A program made the translations under genes and the position numbers. From positions 1 through 36,190 of the IMG/VR virus record IMGVR_UViG_3300028585_000537: a stretch of 36,190 nucleotides of DNA; one strand, given 5' to 3'. The notes under the pieces are model-generated. The model had not been told where the DNA came from and did not search any database. It saw nothing but the letters and a program-made list of their open reading frames with translations. Each line of letters starts with the position of its first letter. The first letter of the stretch is position 1. The DNA is from a virus (taxonomy: Duplodnaviria; Caudoviricetes). This document shows positions 15,495 to 25,263 of the stretch, piece after piece.

Positions 15495-17588
15495 TCAGGC
15501 TTTCTTAGGGCTCTTGAAGCCGCCGCGGTAATCCACCGCGCCGACACCGAAGTCATGCTCCAGTGTCATCGCGAAGCCCTGCGTGCCGAACGGCTCTTCC
15601 GTGCGCAGACGGGGGGCCTCGCCACCTTCGAGGAAGCCATGCGTCCAGACCGGATTCGCGCCCGACAGCAGATACCAGCTGGTATCATCGATCTCCGGCG
15701 TAACGATCACGCGAAGCTTGCCCGAGAACGGGTTCACGTCGCTGGCCGAGGTCGCGGTGATCGCAGCCACGAACATTTCCGCCTGCGTTTCCATGTCCGG
15801 ACCGACCAGCAGGATGGACGGAGTGATGTTCAGGTTCTGCCCACCGTCCGACTTGTGCTTGCGCATTGCCGCACGCGCCTTGGACACGCTTTCGGTGGTG
15901 ATGTCGGAGCCGGCGGCGGCAAGGTTCTTGTGGTCGGCATGGAAGATGTTCTTCCCGTCCGACAGCAAGGCTTTCAGCGCGTACTGGTAGAAGGCCCGTT
16001 CCTCGAACATCGCGACCGAGTCGCCGTAGTTCGACAGCAGTTCGTCGATGGCGCCGATATCGTCGTTGATCAGCATCTGACGGCTGACGGTCAGGCCCAC
16101 GGCATAGGATTGCAGCACGGCTGTTTCGCCGGACGCGCCGAAGGTGCCCCACTTGATCTCGCCACCTTCGCCCACCGGCTGCAGCGTCGGAAAATCACCG
16201 GTACGGATCAGCGGCATCGGCCGGAAGTCGCGGAAGTTCTTCTTCTTCGAAACCTCACGATAGGTCGGCGCGGCGATCGTGTAGCGATCCAGCAGCGACT
16301 TGTTCAGCGCGTTCTGGAAGATCGACGGAAAGTCGCTGGTGGTGTGGCTTGCCGCCGCGTTCATGAAGACCTGCATCCGCTGACCCGCCGTACGGACCGG
16401 CCCGGTATGGCCGATGCAGACCGCCGCCATCTCGACCAGCGACATGTCCATGAACGGACGGGCGATCACCGGAACCTCGGACGTGCCGCCGATCTGCGCG
16501 GCGATGGCCGTGGACATCGCGACGCGGCGAGTTTCGCGCTCATCACGCAGAATGCGGGCCGTGGGGGCGCGGCTGATCTTGGTCACGTCTTTCCCTTTCT
16601 TGTTCAGTTCGGCAGTTGCCTGGGCGCAGGTCAGGCCACGCGCGATGAAGCCTTCGGCCACGTCGCCCTTGAGGTTGCGGCGGTTGCACATGCGGATAAT
16701 CGCCAGGGCTTCCAGACCATCGACGGCGACGGGTTCGTCCTCGTCGTCCGCATCGGGATCATCTTCCGACTCGGAAGCCTCGGGCTCGTCTTCCTCGACA
16801 GCCGTCGTTTCATCCTCGACCTCCGCCGTGGTTTCCTCTTCCAGATCCATGTCCGGCTCGTCACCCTCGACAGCCGTGGTGACCTGCGCCTTGGGCTTTG
16901 CACCCGTGATCTTGTCCTTCGCCATCTTCGGCCCTTTCTTCGGAGGTGTGGTCCCGACCATCGTGGCCATCACCGATTGGTCACGCTGCCGATCGGGTGT
17001 GACCCCGGACGCCATGCGCAGTGTCTTGGGGGCCTTCGGATAGATGCGGTAATCGAAGGCAGCGGGTGCGCTGGCCTCGTCCACATCGTCGGCACTGGTG
17101 GCAAAACCCGCCTCAAGTGCCGTGGGCCCGTCGTAATAGGTTTCGGCCTTCATGATCTCGCGGGCCTGCGCCTTCGAGATCCCTGCGCGGGTGGCGTAGA
17201 TCGCGGCATAAGCGTTCGCCAACACGGCGAGGCTCTTGGCGGCGGCGGTGTGATCGTCTTCGGTACCGCGCCCGCCGACATACCAGCTGGCCGGATCATG
17301 GATCATCATGATCGCGCCGAGCGGCATGACGATCTCGTCCCCGGCCATCGCAATCAGGCTGGCAGCCGAGGCCGCGATGCCGTCGATCACGATCGTGACC
17401 GTGTCGGGATAGTTCTTGATGGCCGTGTAGATCGCCTGCCCTTCGGTGGCGATGCCGCCGCCGGAGTTGATGCGGATCGTCAGGGGACCGGACAGACCGT
17501 CCAGCTGTTCCCGCACCGTCTGGGCCGTGAAATACTCCTCATCCCAGAAGGACGAGCCGACCGTGCCGTAAAGCAGGATCTCATGCAT
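15495..17588 (-). CDS. ClpP-like prohead protease/scaffold/major capsid fusion protein
   Basis: INSGGG, DGIAASAAS and MMIHDP ClpP motifs; acidic linker; HTTSDFP capsid region ending DYRG. Confidence 0.92.
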   Translation of the reverse strand: MHEILLYGTVGSSFWDEEYFTAQTVREQLDGLSGPLTIRINSGGGIATEGQAIYTAIKNYPDTVTIVIDGIAASAASLIAMAGDEIVMPLGAIMMIHDPASWYVGGRGTEDDHTAAAKSLAVLANAYAAIYATRAGISKAQAREIMKAETYYDGPTALEAGFATSADDVDEASAPAAFDYRIYPKAPKTLRMASGVTPDRQRDQSVMATMVGTTPPKKGPKMAKDKITGAKPKAQVTTAVEGDEPDMDLEEETTAEVEDETTAVEEDEPEASESEDDPDADDEDEPVAVDGLEALAIIRMCNRRNLKGDVAEGFIARGLTCAQATAELNKKGKDVTKISRAPTARILRDERETRRVAMSTAIAAQIGGTSEVPVIARPFMDMSLVEMAAVCIGHTGPVRTAGQRMQVFMNAAASHTTSDFPSIFQNALNKSLLDRYTIAAPTYREVSKKKNFRDFRPMPLIRTGDFPTLQPVGEGGEIKWGTFGASGETAVLQSYAVGLTVSRQMLINDDIGAIDELLSNYGDSVAMFEERAFYQYALKALLSDGKNIFHADHKNLAAAGSDITTESVSKARAAMRKHKSDGGQNLNITPSILLVGPDMETQAEMFVAAITATSASDVNPFSGKLRVIVTPEIDDTSWYLLSGANPVWTHGFLEGGEAPRLRTEEPFGTQGFAMTLEHDFGVGAVDYRGGFKSPKKA

Positions 17589-19086
17589 TGTTCAGTTCCC
17601 TGTCTGTGGGTTCGGTAGCCTTCCGCGCGGGGTCCGCACGGGGATCGCTGTCGAAGATCAGGCCAAGGGCGTCCGCCTCGTCCCGATCCTGGGCGATTTC
17701 CGCCAGCAGCCGCTCCGGATCGACACCCAGCTGCCGGATGATCTGCTGTTTGGACGCGAAACCCGAGCGCACCGCCTCCTTCAGGGCCGTAAACTCGCGC
17801 GACGGATCGACGATGAAGCGCCGGGGCGGCATCCATTCGAGTGTCACGGTGCGCCAGTCGAGCGAACGGGTCTCCCGCTGCTCGATCAGCCTCCGGTCCG
17901 CCTTGCTGGCCCATGCCTCGATAAAGTGACGCCCGAGCGGCTGAAGCAGCTGCGGCATCATCATGAGCCACTGCCACCCGGAGACGTTGTTATCCATCTC
18001 CAGACGGCCCATCCGCCCGGAGGCGAAGTTCACCTGACTGAGATCGCCGGTCAGTGCCTCGTAGGTGATGCCCATGCCCGCCGCGACGGAGCGCAGCACC
18101 GATCGGGTGAATTCGTCATACCCTTCGACACCGGGCGGAACGGCGAACTTGACGTCCTCATTCTCTCCGACATCGTAAATCATGCCTGGCATGACGTTAC
18201 CGAGTCCTGCGCCCGCCTTCTTTTCGACCCCCACGTTCCGAAAGACGGCGAAGCATGCTGCAATCTTCTGGCGCATCAGCTGCGCGTCCTCGTGGTCGGC
18301 CAGATCGACCAGCCGCTGCATCACCGGGGCGAACCAACTGACGCCCCGCTGCTGGCCAGGGCGGTCGAGGCGATAGATATGCAGGACCTCCGACACATCG
18401 ACGCGTTCCGACACCCCGCGCAGCGTCCCGGGGGACCAGTCCCCGCCCGGATGCTCGGGGTAAAGCCAGTAGGCCGTTCGCTTTCCCTCCGCGTCGTATT
18501 CGATCCCGTCGCGGATCTCAGCGCCGTCGTCGAAGAAGCCGTATTTTGTCACGTCCAGGAAGTCCGGCTCCAAGACCTCCAGCTGGAGCGGGATGGCGAA
18601 GGTGTCATCTTCGGGGTCTAGCTGGTGGATTCGCACCAGGACTTCGCCCGCATCCACGACCGTGTTCACCATCAGCCCCTGCAACCCGTAGAGGTTCATG
18701 CGCCCGTGCCGATCAATATCCGTCGTGTCGAGGTGACGTTCGATCAGGTCCATCCCCTCATCGCGCAACCGCTTCTGCGCCGCCGCGGTGAGGGTCGAAT
18801 TCTTGAGCACCACCTTGGGGATGATACCGTCGCCTACGATGTTGCTGCGGATCACCTGCTGGGCGCGGGTGCCGAACGGGGTATTCCGCACCATGTCGCG
18901 GGCGAAGAACGACAATCTCTGGCGGGCGCGGGAGGCAGCATCGGCATCCGTACGATCTGCCCGCAGTGTTGAATTGCGTCGCCCGACCGAAGCGGCATCG
19001 TAATGCATGACCATGGCGCGGGCCTGGGCACGCTTCGCCGCCCACCTCGGCGCAACCGAGGCGATGGCCCGTTCCATCCTGTTCAT
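17581..19086 (-). CDS. Lambda-family portal protein
   Basis: YDAAS, RPGQQRGVSWFAP, GITYEALTGDLSQVNFASGR motifs. Confidence 0.93.
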   Translation of the reverse strand: MNRMERAIASVAPRWAAKRAQARAMVMHYDAASVGRRNSTLRADRTDADAASRARQRLSFFARDMVRNTPFGTRAQQVIRSNIVGDGIIPKVVLKNSTLTAAAQKRLRDEGMDLIERHLDTTDIDRHGRMNLYGLQGLMVNTVVDAGEVLVRIHQLDPEDDTFAIPLQLEVLEPDFLDVTKYGFFDDGAEIRDGIEYDAEGKRTAYWLYPEHPGGDWSPGTLRGVSERVDVSEVLHIYRLDRPGQQRGVSWFAPVMQRLVDLADHEDAQLMRQKIAACFAVFRNVGVEKKAGAGLGNVMPGMIYDVGENEDVKFAVPPGVEGYDEFTRSVLRSVAAGMGITYEALTGDLSQVNFASGRMGRLEMDNNVSGWQWLMMMPQLLQPLGRHFIEAWASKADRRLIEQRETRSLDWRTVTLEWMPPRRFIVDPSREFTALKEAVRSGFASKQQIIRQLGVDPERLLAEIAQDRDEADALGLIFDSDPRADPARKATEPTDRELNNA

Positions 19087-19091
19087 GTGGT

Positions 19092-19316
19092 TCACCCTCT
19101 CCGGAAGGCCGGATATTGTTGGTAAGGAAGGTCGCAGCTCACCGGTGGCGACAGGCGTCTTTCGAGAAACGCGAGTGTGCGCAGCATCTCGTCCAAGCTG
19201 CGAAACGTCACCTTTTCGCCAGCCACCTCTAACGAGGTGGCACCCTTGGCGATGTTCAGCTGCAGTTCGGCGATTGCCGTCTGAAGATGCTGAGCGGGAA
19301 GCGCGTTTATATCCAT
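19092..19316 (-). CDS. Head completion protein (gpW-like)
   Basis: 74 aa with IAKGA..GEKVTFRSLDEM, between terminase and portal. Confidence 0.85.
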   Translation of the reverse strand: MDINALPAQHLQTAIAELQLNIAKGATSLEVAGEKVTFRSLDEMLRTLAFLERRLSPPVSCDLPYQQYPAFRRG

Positions 19317-21481
19317 GAGTCTCTCCTTTGGATCCAGCCCCCACGCCCGGGGGCGTGAGGTTCAGTTTGCTTGAACACTCTGTCCGGGTTTGGCGACTTC
19401 GGTTCGTCTCCGCTTGGATCGGCGTCGGCGGACACCGCAAAGTCGTTGCCTTCTGCCAGCGTCACCCACGGCAGGGGGTCGGACCAGTCGATCCGTTCGC
19501 CGCCGAGGATGATGTGCAAGGCCCGCGCCTGGACGGCATGGTCGAAGCTTTCGTTCCGGACCATGCCCTGACGCTTCTCCCATCCCTTTTCGGTCCGACG
19601 CTCCGCCGTGAACTCGGTCAGTTCCGCCACGCTCATCCATTCCGGAATGACCGTGATGTTCTGCCCGTCGTCCGACAGACGCAGCGAGGCCGCCGTGGCA
19701 TCCTTCAGGCGATCGGTCGCCATGTTCAGGATCTTGATATCCACCGCCGCCTTGCGGTTCTTGTTGCTGGTCCGCTCCGGAGCACGAAGCCAGACACGGT
19801 CGGGATGGTTCAAACCACCATGTCCCCGCGTGAGGTACCAGCGTCGGGCCTCCCCCGCCTTCTTGCGACCGCGATAGAACTTGTAGGCGTGATCCGTGGA
19901 GGCACCGCCCCCGTGCACGTCGATCGCGATCGCGGCTGGCTTCAACAACCACTCTCCGCCATCGACGGGCCATGCACGATGCGGCAGATCCTCCAGCACT
20001 GCCCAATCCTCCGCGATCTCGAAGGGCTTCAGGGCGCGACCTTCCGCGCCCGGTGCGGTGGCAGGCGGATTGACCAGGTCGAAACGGTCGATCGGCTGAT
20101 GCTTCCCGCCTTCGCCCCATGCCGTGACACCGACCGAGAAGTAGGTGCCCTGCACGTCCACCGAAACGGTGATGTACCGGGTCCAGTCCGGGGCCACGCT
20201 CTTCGGCGTGCTGATTCCCTCGGCCTTGTCCTTGAGGCCCTGAAGCGTGACTTCCATGTCAGACGAGGCGCTGCGCGGGAAATACGGCTGCGCCTGTCCC
20301 GTATTCATGGCCGCCTTGAGCTTCTCCTCGTCGCCCGTCGTGTCGAAGCTTTCGAGCGCCGCCTCGTATTGCTCGACCAGTTCCGCCCAGGTCGCGAACG
20401 CTGCGGCGGCACCATCAAGCCAGTAACTGGCAGTGTCGGTCCGGCGCAGGCGTTCGTCCCCGATCGGGACCAGCTGGATGCGCCCGTCTTCGTCCGGTTG
20501 CGCCTCGTGCAGCCAACGCCCTTCCGCGTTCAATTCGCGCTTCAGTTCGTGCCCGAACGTCTGACGACATTCCGGATTGGGGCACCGCATCAAGGCCGCT
20601 TCCCCCGCCTCCGCCGGATCGAGCGAGTCGGGATAGATCAGGCGGCGGCATGTCGGCTCGAACTCGACTCCGCAACAGGGGCATGGCCAGTACCACCGCC
20701 CGCGCGTGCCCTGCGGATAGGCGGCAAGGACGCCGTACTTCACGGGTGGGCAATCGTGCGGCGTCTTGGCCTTCCAGTTCTCATCCGTGATAGGAGCGCC
20801 GGGGCTGCTTTCGATCACCGCCATCCCGCGTGACCGGAAGGACCGTGCCCGTGCCCGCATCATGGTCAGCGGATCGCCCTCCCCGTCGATGCTGGCACCG
20901 AAGCGATCAAAGTCCGTGGCCATGACAAGGCGAATGGTGGTCGAGGACAGCTTTTCCACCGTCGGCCAGTCCAACGTCAGGTGCGTCCCGCCGATGAACA
21001 ACTTCTGGTACAGGTTGTCGGACCCCCGCCCCGCGGCCATCTTCGCCCGCAGTTCGGGGCTGTTGCGGATCATGGGCGAGATCTTCTCGCGCTCGAACAA
21101 CGCCGCAGCGTCTCGTGTCATCTGGAACAGTGCCAAGCGGCCGGGATCGCTGGCGATGGTGTAGGCCACCGCCGATTGCAGCATCTGCGTCTTGCCCGAC
21201 TGCGACGGACCGCAGAAGGCCAGAGCGCGAAAGCTGCGCGAGGCGATCGTGTCCGTCGGCTCGACCATGTACGGGGTCACGTCGCGCCGGAACGGTTGCC
21301 ACTGCCCCGACACGTTCACCCGCATGTTCCGCTCGGCGGATTCGGTGACAGTGATCAGTTCGGCAGGACGCATGGCGGCGAGGGCGATCTTCAGCGCTGA
21401 CCGCGCATCCGTGTAGGGCGGCAGCGGCTCATATCCTTTCAGACGCGTTGCCAGCATGCCCATCCTCGTCAGATCATCCAT
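19307..21481 (-). CDS. terL: Terminase large subunit (lambda gpA family)
   Basis: Walker A GPSQSGKT, ESSP, CPCC/CPNPEC Zn motifs, VDVQ nuclease motif, RNESFD. Confidence 0.95.
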   Translation of the reverse strand: MDDLTRMGMLATRLKGYEPLPPYTDARSALKIALAAMRPAELITVTESAERNMRVNVSGQWQPFRRDVTPYMVEPTDTIASRSFRALAFCGPSQSGKTQMLQSAVAYTIASDPGRLALFQMTRDAAALFEREKISPMIRNSPELRAKMAAGRGSDNLYQKLFIGGTHLTLDWPTVEKLSSTTIRLVMATDFDRFGASIDGEGDPLTMMRARARSFRSRGMAVIESSPGAPITDENWKAKTPHDCPPVKYGVLAAYPQGTRGRWYWPCPCCGVEFEPTCRRLIYPDSLDPAEAGEAALMRCPNPECRQTFGHELKRELNAEGRWLHEAQPDEDGRIQLVPIGDERLRRTDTASYWLDGAAAAFATWAELVEQYEAALESFDTTGDEEKLKAAMNTGQAQPYFPRSASSDMEVTLQGLKDKAEGISTPKSVAPDWTRYITVSVDVQGTYFSVGVTAWGEGGKHQPIDRFDLVNPPATAPGAEGRALKPFEIAEDWAVLEDLPHRAWPVDGGEWLLKPAAIAIDVHGGGASTDHAYKFYRGRKKAGEARRWYLTRGHGGLNHPDRVWLRAPERTSNKNRKAAVDIKILNMATDRLKDATAASLRLSDDGQNITVIPEWMSVAELTEFTAERRTEKGWEKRQGMVRNESFDHAVQARALHIILGGERIDWSDPLPWVTLAEGNDFAVSADADPSGDEPKSPNPDRVFKQTEPHAPGRGGWIQRRDSWI

Positions 21482-22149
21482 TGTTTCTGAACCTCGACAT
21501 CCGGGATGTCGCGTTCCTGAAGCTCCGCCTCGTCGATCCGGTCATGGATGGACTGGAGAATGTCCTTCCCGACGCGAACCACGAGGGCCACCTGCGCAGG
21601 TGACAGGTTCATCTCGCGTTCCAGACGGTCCGGCATGGCCTCGATGCCTTCGCGCACCTTCGTGCACACTGCTTCCAGAACCGAGACCACATCCTCCAGC
21701 GGCACCAGCTGCTTGCGCATGTGCTGCGCTTTCGACCAGGTGATATCGGCCCGCGCCATTTCCTCGCGCTGCCGTGCCGAAAGGCCGGCCATCGGGCTTT
21801 CGGTGTCGAGGCCAAGGAACTCCGCTTGGAGCGCGTTGATCTGCGCCTTGTTGTGCTGGACCTTCTGGCTGTCGGCGGCATCGCGGGCCTTCTTCCAGGC
21901 ATAGCAATGGGACAGCCGAAGAATGTAGGCCTTGCCGTTGCCGCCATGCTGGACCACCGGCATCGCGTCCTGCTTGATCCACTTGGCGATCGTGTTGACC
22001 GTCGTGTTCAAGGCCTGGGCGATCTCTTCCTGATTCATGTCGGCATCCCGGACGCCACGCGGCATCGGGAACCGTTCGAGCATCGACCGCAGCGCGTCAT
22101 CGATCTCGACCGCGATCAGGTCAGTCGTTTCATCCATGCTGTCCATCAC
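21469..22149 (-). CDS. terS: Terminase small subunit (Nu1/DUF1441-like)
   Basis: Winged-HTH (MNQEEIAQALNTTVNTIAKW..MP) plus coiled coil; immediately upstream of terL. Confidence 0.85.
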   Translation of the reverse strand: MMDSMDETTDLIAVEIDDALRSMLERFPMPRGVRDADMNQEEIAQALNTTVNTIAKWIKQDAMPVVQHGGNGKAYILRLSHCYAWKKARDAADSQKVQHNKAQINALQAEFLGLDTESPMAGLSARQREEMARADITWSKAQHMRKQLVPLEDVVSVLEAVCTKVREGIEAMPDRLEREMNLSPAQVALVVRVGKDILQSIHDRIDEAELQERDIPDVEVQKQWMI

Positions 22150-22204
22150 AACCCCAACAACAACCCCTTCTGATAGTTAGGAAATCTCAAAAAACGCGCA
22201 CGAC

Positions 22205-22250
22205 ACCGGGCGCGAATGACCCGCGTGCGGGATCGACCCCGGAAGGACCC
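22205..22250 (-). other. Putative cos site (cosQ/cosN-like)
   Basis: Minus strand GGGTCCT (identical to lambda cosQ; 22244-22250), followed by TCCGGGGTCGATCCCGCACGCGGGTCATTCGCG upstream of terS. Confidence 0.6.
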
Positions 22251-22296
22251 GCGACGTGACATTTTCGACACATTGGGGTCGGACCCACCCCCCCGG

Positions 22297-23040
22297 TCAG
22301 AGGGGGGGCAGGATGCCGCGCCGCACGGCCATTTTCTCGAAGGTCCGCTGCAGGTGAGCGGGCAGACGGCGCATGAACTGCCCCTCCGCCTCCTCGAAGA
22401 AGTGCAGGCGCGGCGTGTAGGTCGGCATCGCCGTCGTGAAGTGCAGGATCTTCGACACCTTGCCCTTCGTCGTGCGCTTGTAGACGCCCGGTGTCAGACT
22501 GTTGCCCTTGGCCGGGATGAAGTACCGCGCCCTGTTCCTGGCCCGCGACCGTTTCTTCGAATCATCCGTCTCGTTCGAGTTGAACCCAACCTCGCGGCCT
22601 GCCTTCAGCTGCGACATGACCTGATTGCGTTCGCCCCTCGACCAGTTGCCGAACGCGTCCAGCTTGGCCCCATTGGCCGGGATCACGGCGGCGAAGTCGC
22701 CATCATAATCCACTGTCGCCTTTAGCAAGGCCTCAATCCCCGTCTTAGGACGTTCGCCGCCAGTCTGCTGCACCTTCAGGAAATGCCTCCGCCCAACCGA
22801 CGGGCGTTCCTGAATGACGGCTTCCAGCGTGCGCGGGGTGGCCCCCTTGATGGTCATGGAGTTCTTCGCAAACCGCGTGGGCTTGTCGAAGATCGTATCC
22901 ATGCGATCCTGCATGTGCTGATGCACATCCTTCGTCGCGTCGTTGATCGCCCACGACCCCGCAACGCGGATATCCCGTTCGGCCAGCTGCTTGAAGGACG
23001 TGTTCAGATCACGCGGGTCCAGCTTGAGCGATAGCTCCAT
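22297..23040 (-). CDS. gpZ-like neck/tail-completion protein
   Basis: Basic 247 aa; AINDATKD...FDKPTRF...GGERP..LDAFGN pattern. Confidence 0.6.
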   Translation of the reverse strand: MELSLKLDPRDLNTSFKQLAERDIRVAGSWAINDATKDVHQHMQDRMDTIFDKPTRFAKNSMTIKGATPRTLEAVIQERPSVGRRHFLKVQQTGGERPKTGIEALLKATVDYDGDFAAVIPANGAKLDAFGNWSRGERNQVMSQLKAGREVGFNSNETDDSKKRSRARNRARYFIPAKGNSLTPGVYKRTTKGKVSKILHFTTAMPTYTPRLHFFEEAEGQFMRRLPAHLQRTFEKMAVRRGILPPL

Positions 23041-23141
23041 GGCACCCCCCGGACATGACAAAGCCCGCACGGTCTGCTGACCTGCGGGCGTGAAGAAGAT
23101 CCATACTTGCATCCTCGAACCAATGAGAGTTTTGTGATTCC

Positions 23142-23411
23142 ATGGCACATATTTTGACAGGCGACGGATCTTTGACGTTTGAGGACGGCGAGACCTTTCC
23201 CGTTACGGTAAGTTTCCGCTGCGAAATGGCTGAAAATGGTTGGCTCGGCAGAGGCAAGCTTTCGTCAGGCTCACCCCAAATCATCGAAGAAAAAAAGGGC
23301 TATGCCACTCTCTCCTGCAAAGGATGGAGATGTAAGGTCGTCGTGATCCATTTGGACAAGCAGAACGTGCTTTCAGTCCTGTCCCCACATCTCCCGGTGC
23401 TTGGCATCTGA
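23142..23411 (+). CDS. Hypothetical beta-rich moron protein
   Basis: 89-aa lower-GC ORF antisense to the late operon. Confidence 0.55.
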   Translation: MAHILTGDGSLTFEDGETFPVTVSFRCEMAENGWLGRGKLSSGSPQIIEEKKGYATLSCKGWRCKVVVIHLDKQNVLSVLSPHLPVLGI

Positions 23412-23480
23412 ACAAGTATGATGCCTGTCCCAGAGCCCGAGCTAACCCGTAAGGCACAAACCTGAAGGCAATGTTCAGAT

Positions 23481-23495
23481 TTAGGAAATTGTTAA
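23481..23495. promoter_or_regulatory. CtrA-like box (1 mismatch)
   Basis: TTAG-GAAATTG-TTAA, 45 bp upstream of ORF 23541. Confidence 0.4.
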
Positions 23496-23540
23496 GCCCG
23501 GACGTGCTTCTGTTTACAGGCAGCATCGATCGGAAGTCAC

Positions 23541-23861
23541 ATGCCCGCTTATCTGGTAACCTATGAACTGAACCGCGTCTCCTCGCGCCGAAGCACTGAA
23601 TTCGTCGGACACGCGCAAATCTTTGGATGGAGCCCTTGGGTAGACGTTGCACCATACGGTTTGCTCAAACTCCCAAATTCTGCGCTCCACGGAAACTTCA
23701 TCGATCGCAATGTAGCAATGGACGCCTTCAAACGCGCAGTGCAGGCCGCGAACAGAGGTTGGCGGGATAGGATGGCAGTGAATAAGTGGATCGTCTCAGA
23801 CTATTCGGTCACGACATTCCAGACAAATGACGTACAGGCATATAGGCAGCTGTCCCACTGA
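23541..23861 (+). CDS. Moron protein with possible GhoS/DUF2622/Cas2-like ferredoxin fold
   Basis: YLVTYEL-helix-GW...GLLKLPNS pattern; lower GC; antisense to the late operon. Confidence 0.55.
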   Translation: MPAYLVTYELNRVSSRRSTEFVGHAQIFGWSPWVDVAPYGLLKLPNSALHGNFIDRNVAMDAFKRAVQAANRGWRDRMAVNKWIVSDYSVTTFQTNDVQAYRQLSH

Positions 23862-23873
23862 AGGCGGATACAC

Positions 23874-23948
23874 AAAAGCGCGGCACCATCTCTGGCCCGC
23901 GCTATTCTCCGATAATGCCGAGATGCCCGATTATTTTGGACTGGTCAA
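23874..23948 (-). promoter_or_regulatory. Putative late promoter plus early terminator (pR'/tR'-like)
   Basis: TTGACC at the end of the late regulator gene, then hairpin AGCGCGG...CCGCGCT followed by TTT. Confidence 0.45.
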
Positions 23949-24485
23949 CGGCTTTCTTCCCCAGAGGTCATGAAGGGCGTCCAGACCGCGCTGGAGGCGA
24001 TCAAGGTGGCGGGCCTCTTGCTGACCCTTCAGGCATCCCGCGATGCTGCGAACGGACTGATCCTGCAACACCACATGGGCGATGATGGCGCGAGCGTAGG
24101 GCGGCACGGCACCTGCCATGGCGAAGAACTTCCGGCGCCGATCCACCGCCGCCACCAACGGATCATCACCGCCCGCCTGCCGGTCGATCCGAAGCGCAGC
24201 CAGAACGTCGCGCGACGGATAGCCCTGCGAGGCCTCGAACAGTTCGACCGCGATGTTGTACTGCTGCACCGTCAGCTTGCCCTTGCGGTGATACCGATCG
24301 ATCCACGGCTCGCGCCGCGTCCGCACCACCCGCTCCGCATGGACCGGCTTGCCCGTCTTCGGATCGACGGGCGTGACCTGTTCGACCACCTTCCCCGCGA
24401 TCTGGTTATGGGTCAACGGACCCACATCCCACGGAAACCGCGCCAACGACGCCCGCGCATCCGCCTTGATCTTGCCCATCATCAT
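23931..24485 (-). CDS. Late gene regulator (Q-position, C-terminal HTH-like)
   Basis: RKGKLTVQQY..A and LDRLQRGLDAL patterns; position between replication and packaging genes. Confidence 0.65.
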   Translation of the reverse strand: MMMGKIKADARASLARFPWDVGPLTHNQIAGKVVEQVTPVDPKTGKPVHAERVVRTRREPWIDRYHRKGKLTVQQYNIAVELFEASQGYPSRDVLAALRIDRQAGGDDPLVAAVDRRRKFFAMAGAVPPYARAIIAHVVLQDQSVRSIAGCLKGQQEARHLDRLQRGLDALHDLWGRKPLTSPK

Positions 24486-25099
24486 ACCCCTGCCCCTTCA
24501 TGTTTTGCCGCGCGGCGTTCTGCCCCCGCCTGCACGATGTCGTTTGCCGCTCGAAGATCCGCTGCGTACGCCGCCGCGAACCGATCATCATCGGGGGTGG
24601 TCGCGCCACGATCCCGCCGCCCCTTGATCAGGTGCAGAGTGCGCTGGTTGTCCGCTGCCTGTTCCGCGATCTGCCGCTTGTCATAGGGCAGCGGTGGCCG
24701 ACCATTTGCCCGAAGGAAGCGGAACAGTTCGACCAGATGCCCCGCCAACTGCGCGGACGGCCCTTCGACCGACGCGAGCCAACTGGTCATGATCCGGTTT
24801 TCAGAGACCGGCCGTTCCTGCAATCCCTTGGCGAATTGCCGGATCACCAACTCGGACGGGCACTGGTCGCGCTTAGCCCCGCCTGCATTGTCCAGAACCA
24901 GTTCCGCCAGCGTCATCAGGTTCTCGGCGTGCATGTAGGACAGGTAATCGACCAGCCCCTTCAGCATCTCGGCATAGCTGGCCTCCGTCATGCCTTTGGG
25001 CCGCCCCAAGCCCGCGTCCTGCAACCGTTGCACAAAGTGCAAGCGCACCGCTGCCTTGCCCTCGGTGGCGCTATCGTCGTGTCCGTCCGTCATCGTCAC
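24482..25099 (-). CDS. Hypothetical phage protein (replication module)
   Basis: 205 aa, coupled to the downstream gene, follows the origin. Confidence 0.7.
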   Translation of the reverse strand: MTMTDGHDDSATEGKAAVRLHFVQRLQDAGLGRPKGMTEASYAEMLKGLVDYLSYMHAENLMTLAELVLDNAGGAKRDQCPSELVIRQFAKGLQERPVSENRIMTSWLASVEGPSAQLAGHLVELFRFLRANGRPPLPYDKRQIAEQAADNQRTLHLIKGRRDRGATTPDDDRFAAAYAADLRAANDIVQAGAERRAAKHEGAGV

Positions 25100-25120
25100 C
25101 CCTTCCCCAGCAATGCTGAC

Positions 25121-25260
25121 TTATCCACAAGTGCAGGCCGGTACTGTTCTGGGAGCGGAAGATGTCTTCTCATTTCGTTTCCTCTCCTTTGGCCCGGAAC
25201 AGTTCCAAACTGTCGGAAATCTGTTCTGGAACAGTTCGGTTCTGTTCCAGTCACAGAAAC
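25121..25260. other. Putative phage replication origin (iterons plus DnaA box)
   Basis: TTATCCACA at 25121-25129; clustered CTGTTC/GGAACAG repeats 25144-25250; pyrimidine tract. Confidence 0.6.
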
Positions 25261-25263
25261 TAT

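Noticed and set aside
16730-16870. Acidic low-complexity repeats (TTAVE/TTAEVE) in the capsid fusion
   Set aside because: Ordinary scaffold linker between the protease and capsid domains.
15555-17618. Long plus-strand ORFs opposite structural genes (also 19328..20833, 8419..9759, 4255..5451, 5150..6340)
   Set aside because: Antisense shadows of high-GC coding sequence, with no motifs and complete overlap with well-supported genes.
9452-21481. Gene transfer agent cluster
   Set aside because: Lambda-type terminase, portal and cos plus integrase, repressor and replication genes indicate a true prophage.
23541-23861. CRISPR-Cas locus suggested by the Cas2-like pattern
   Set aside because: No repeat-spacer array or other cas genes seen in the window.
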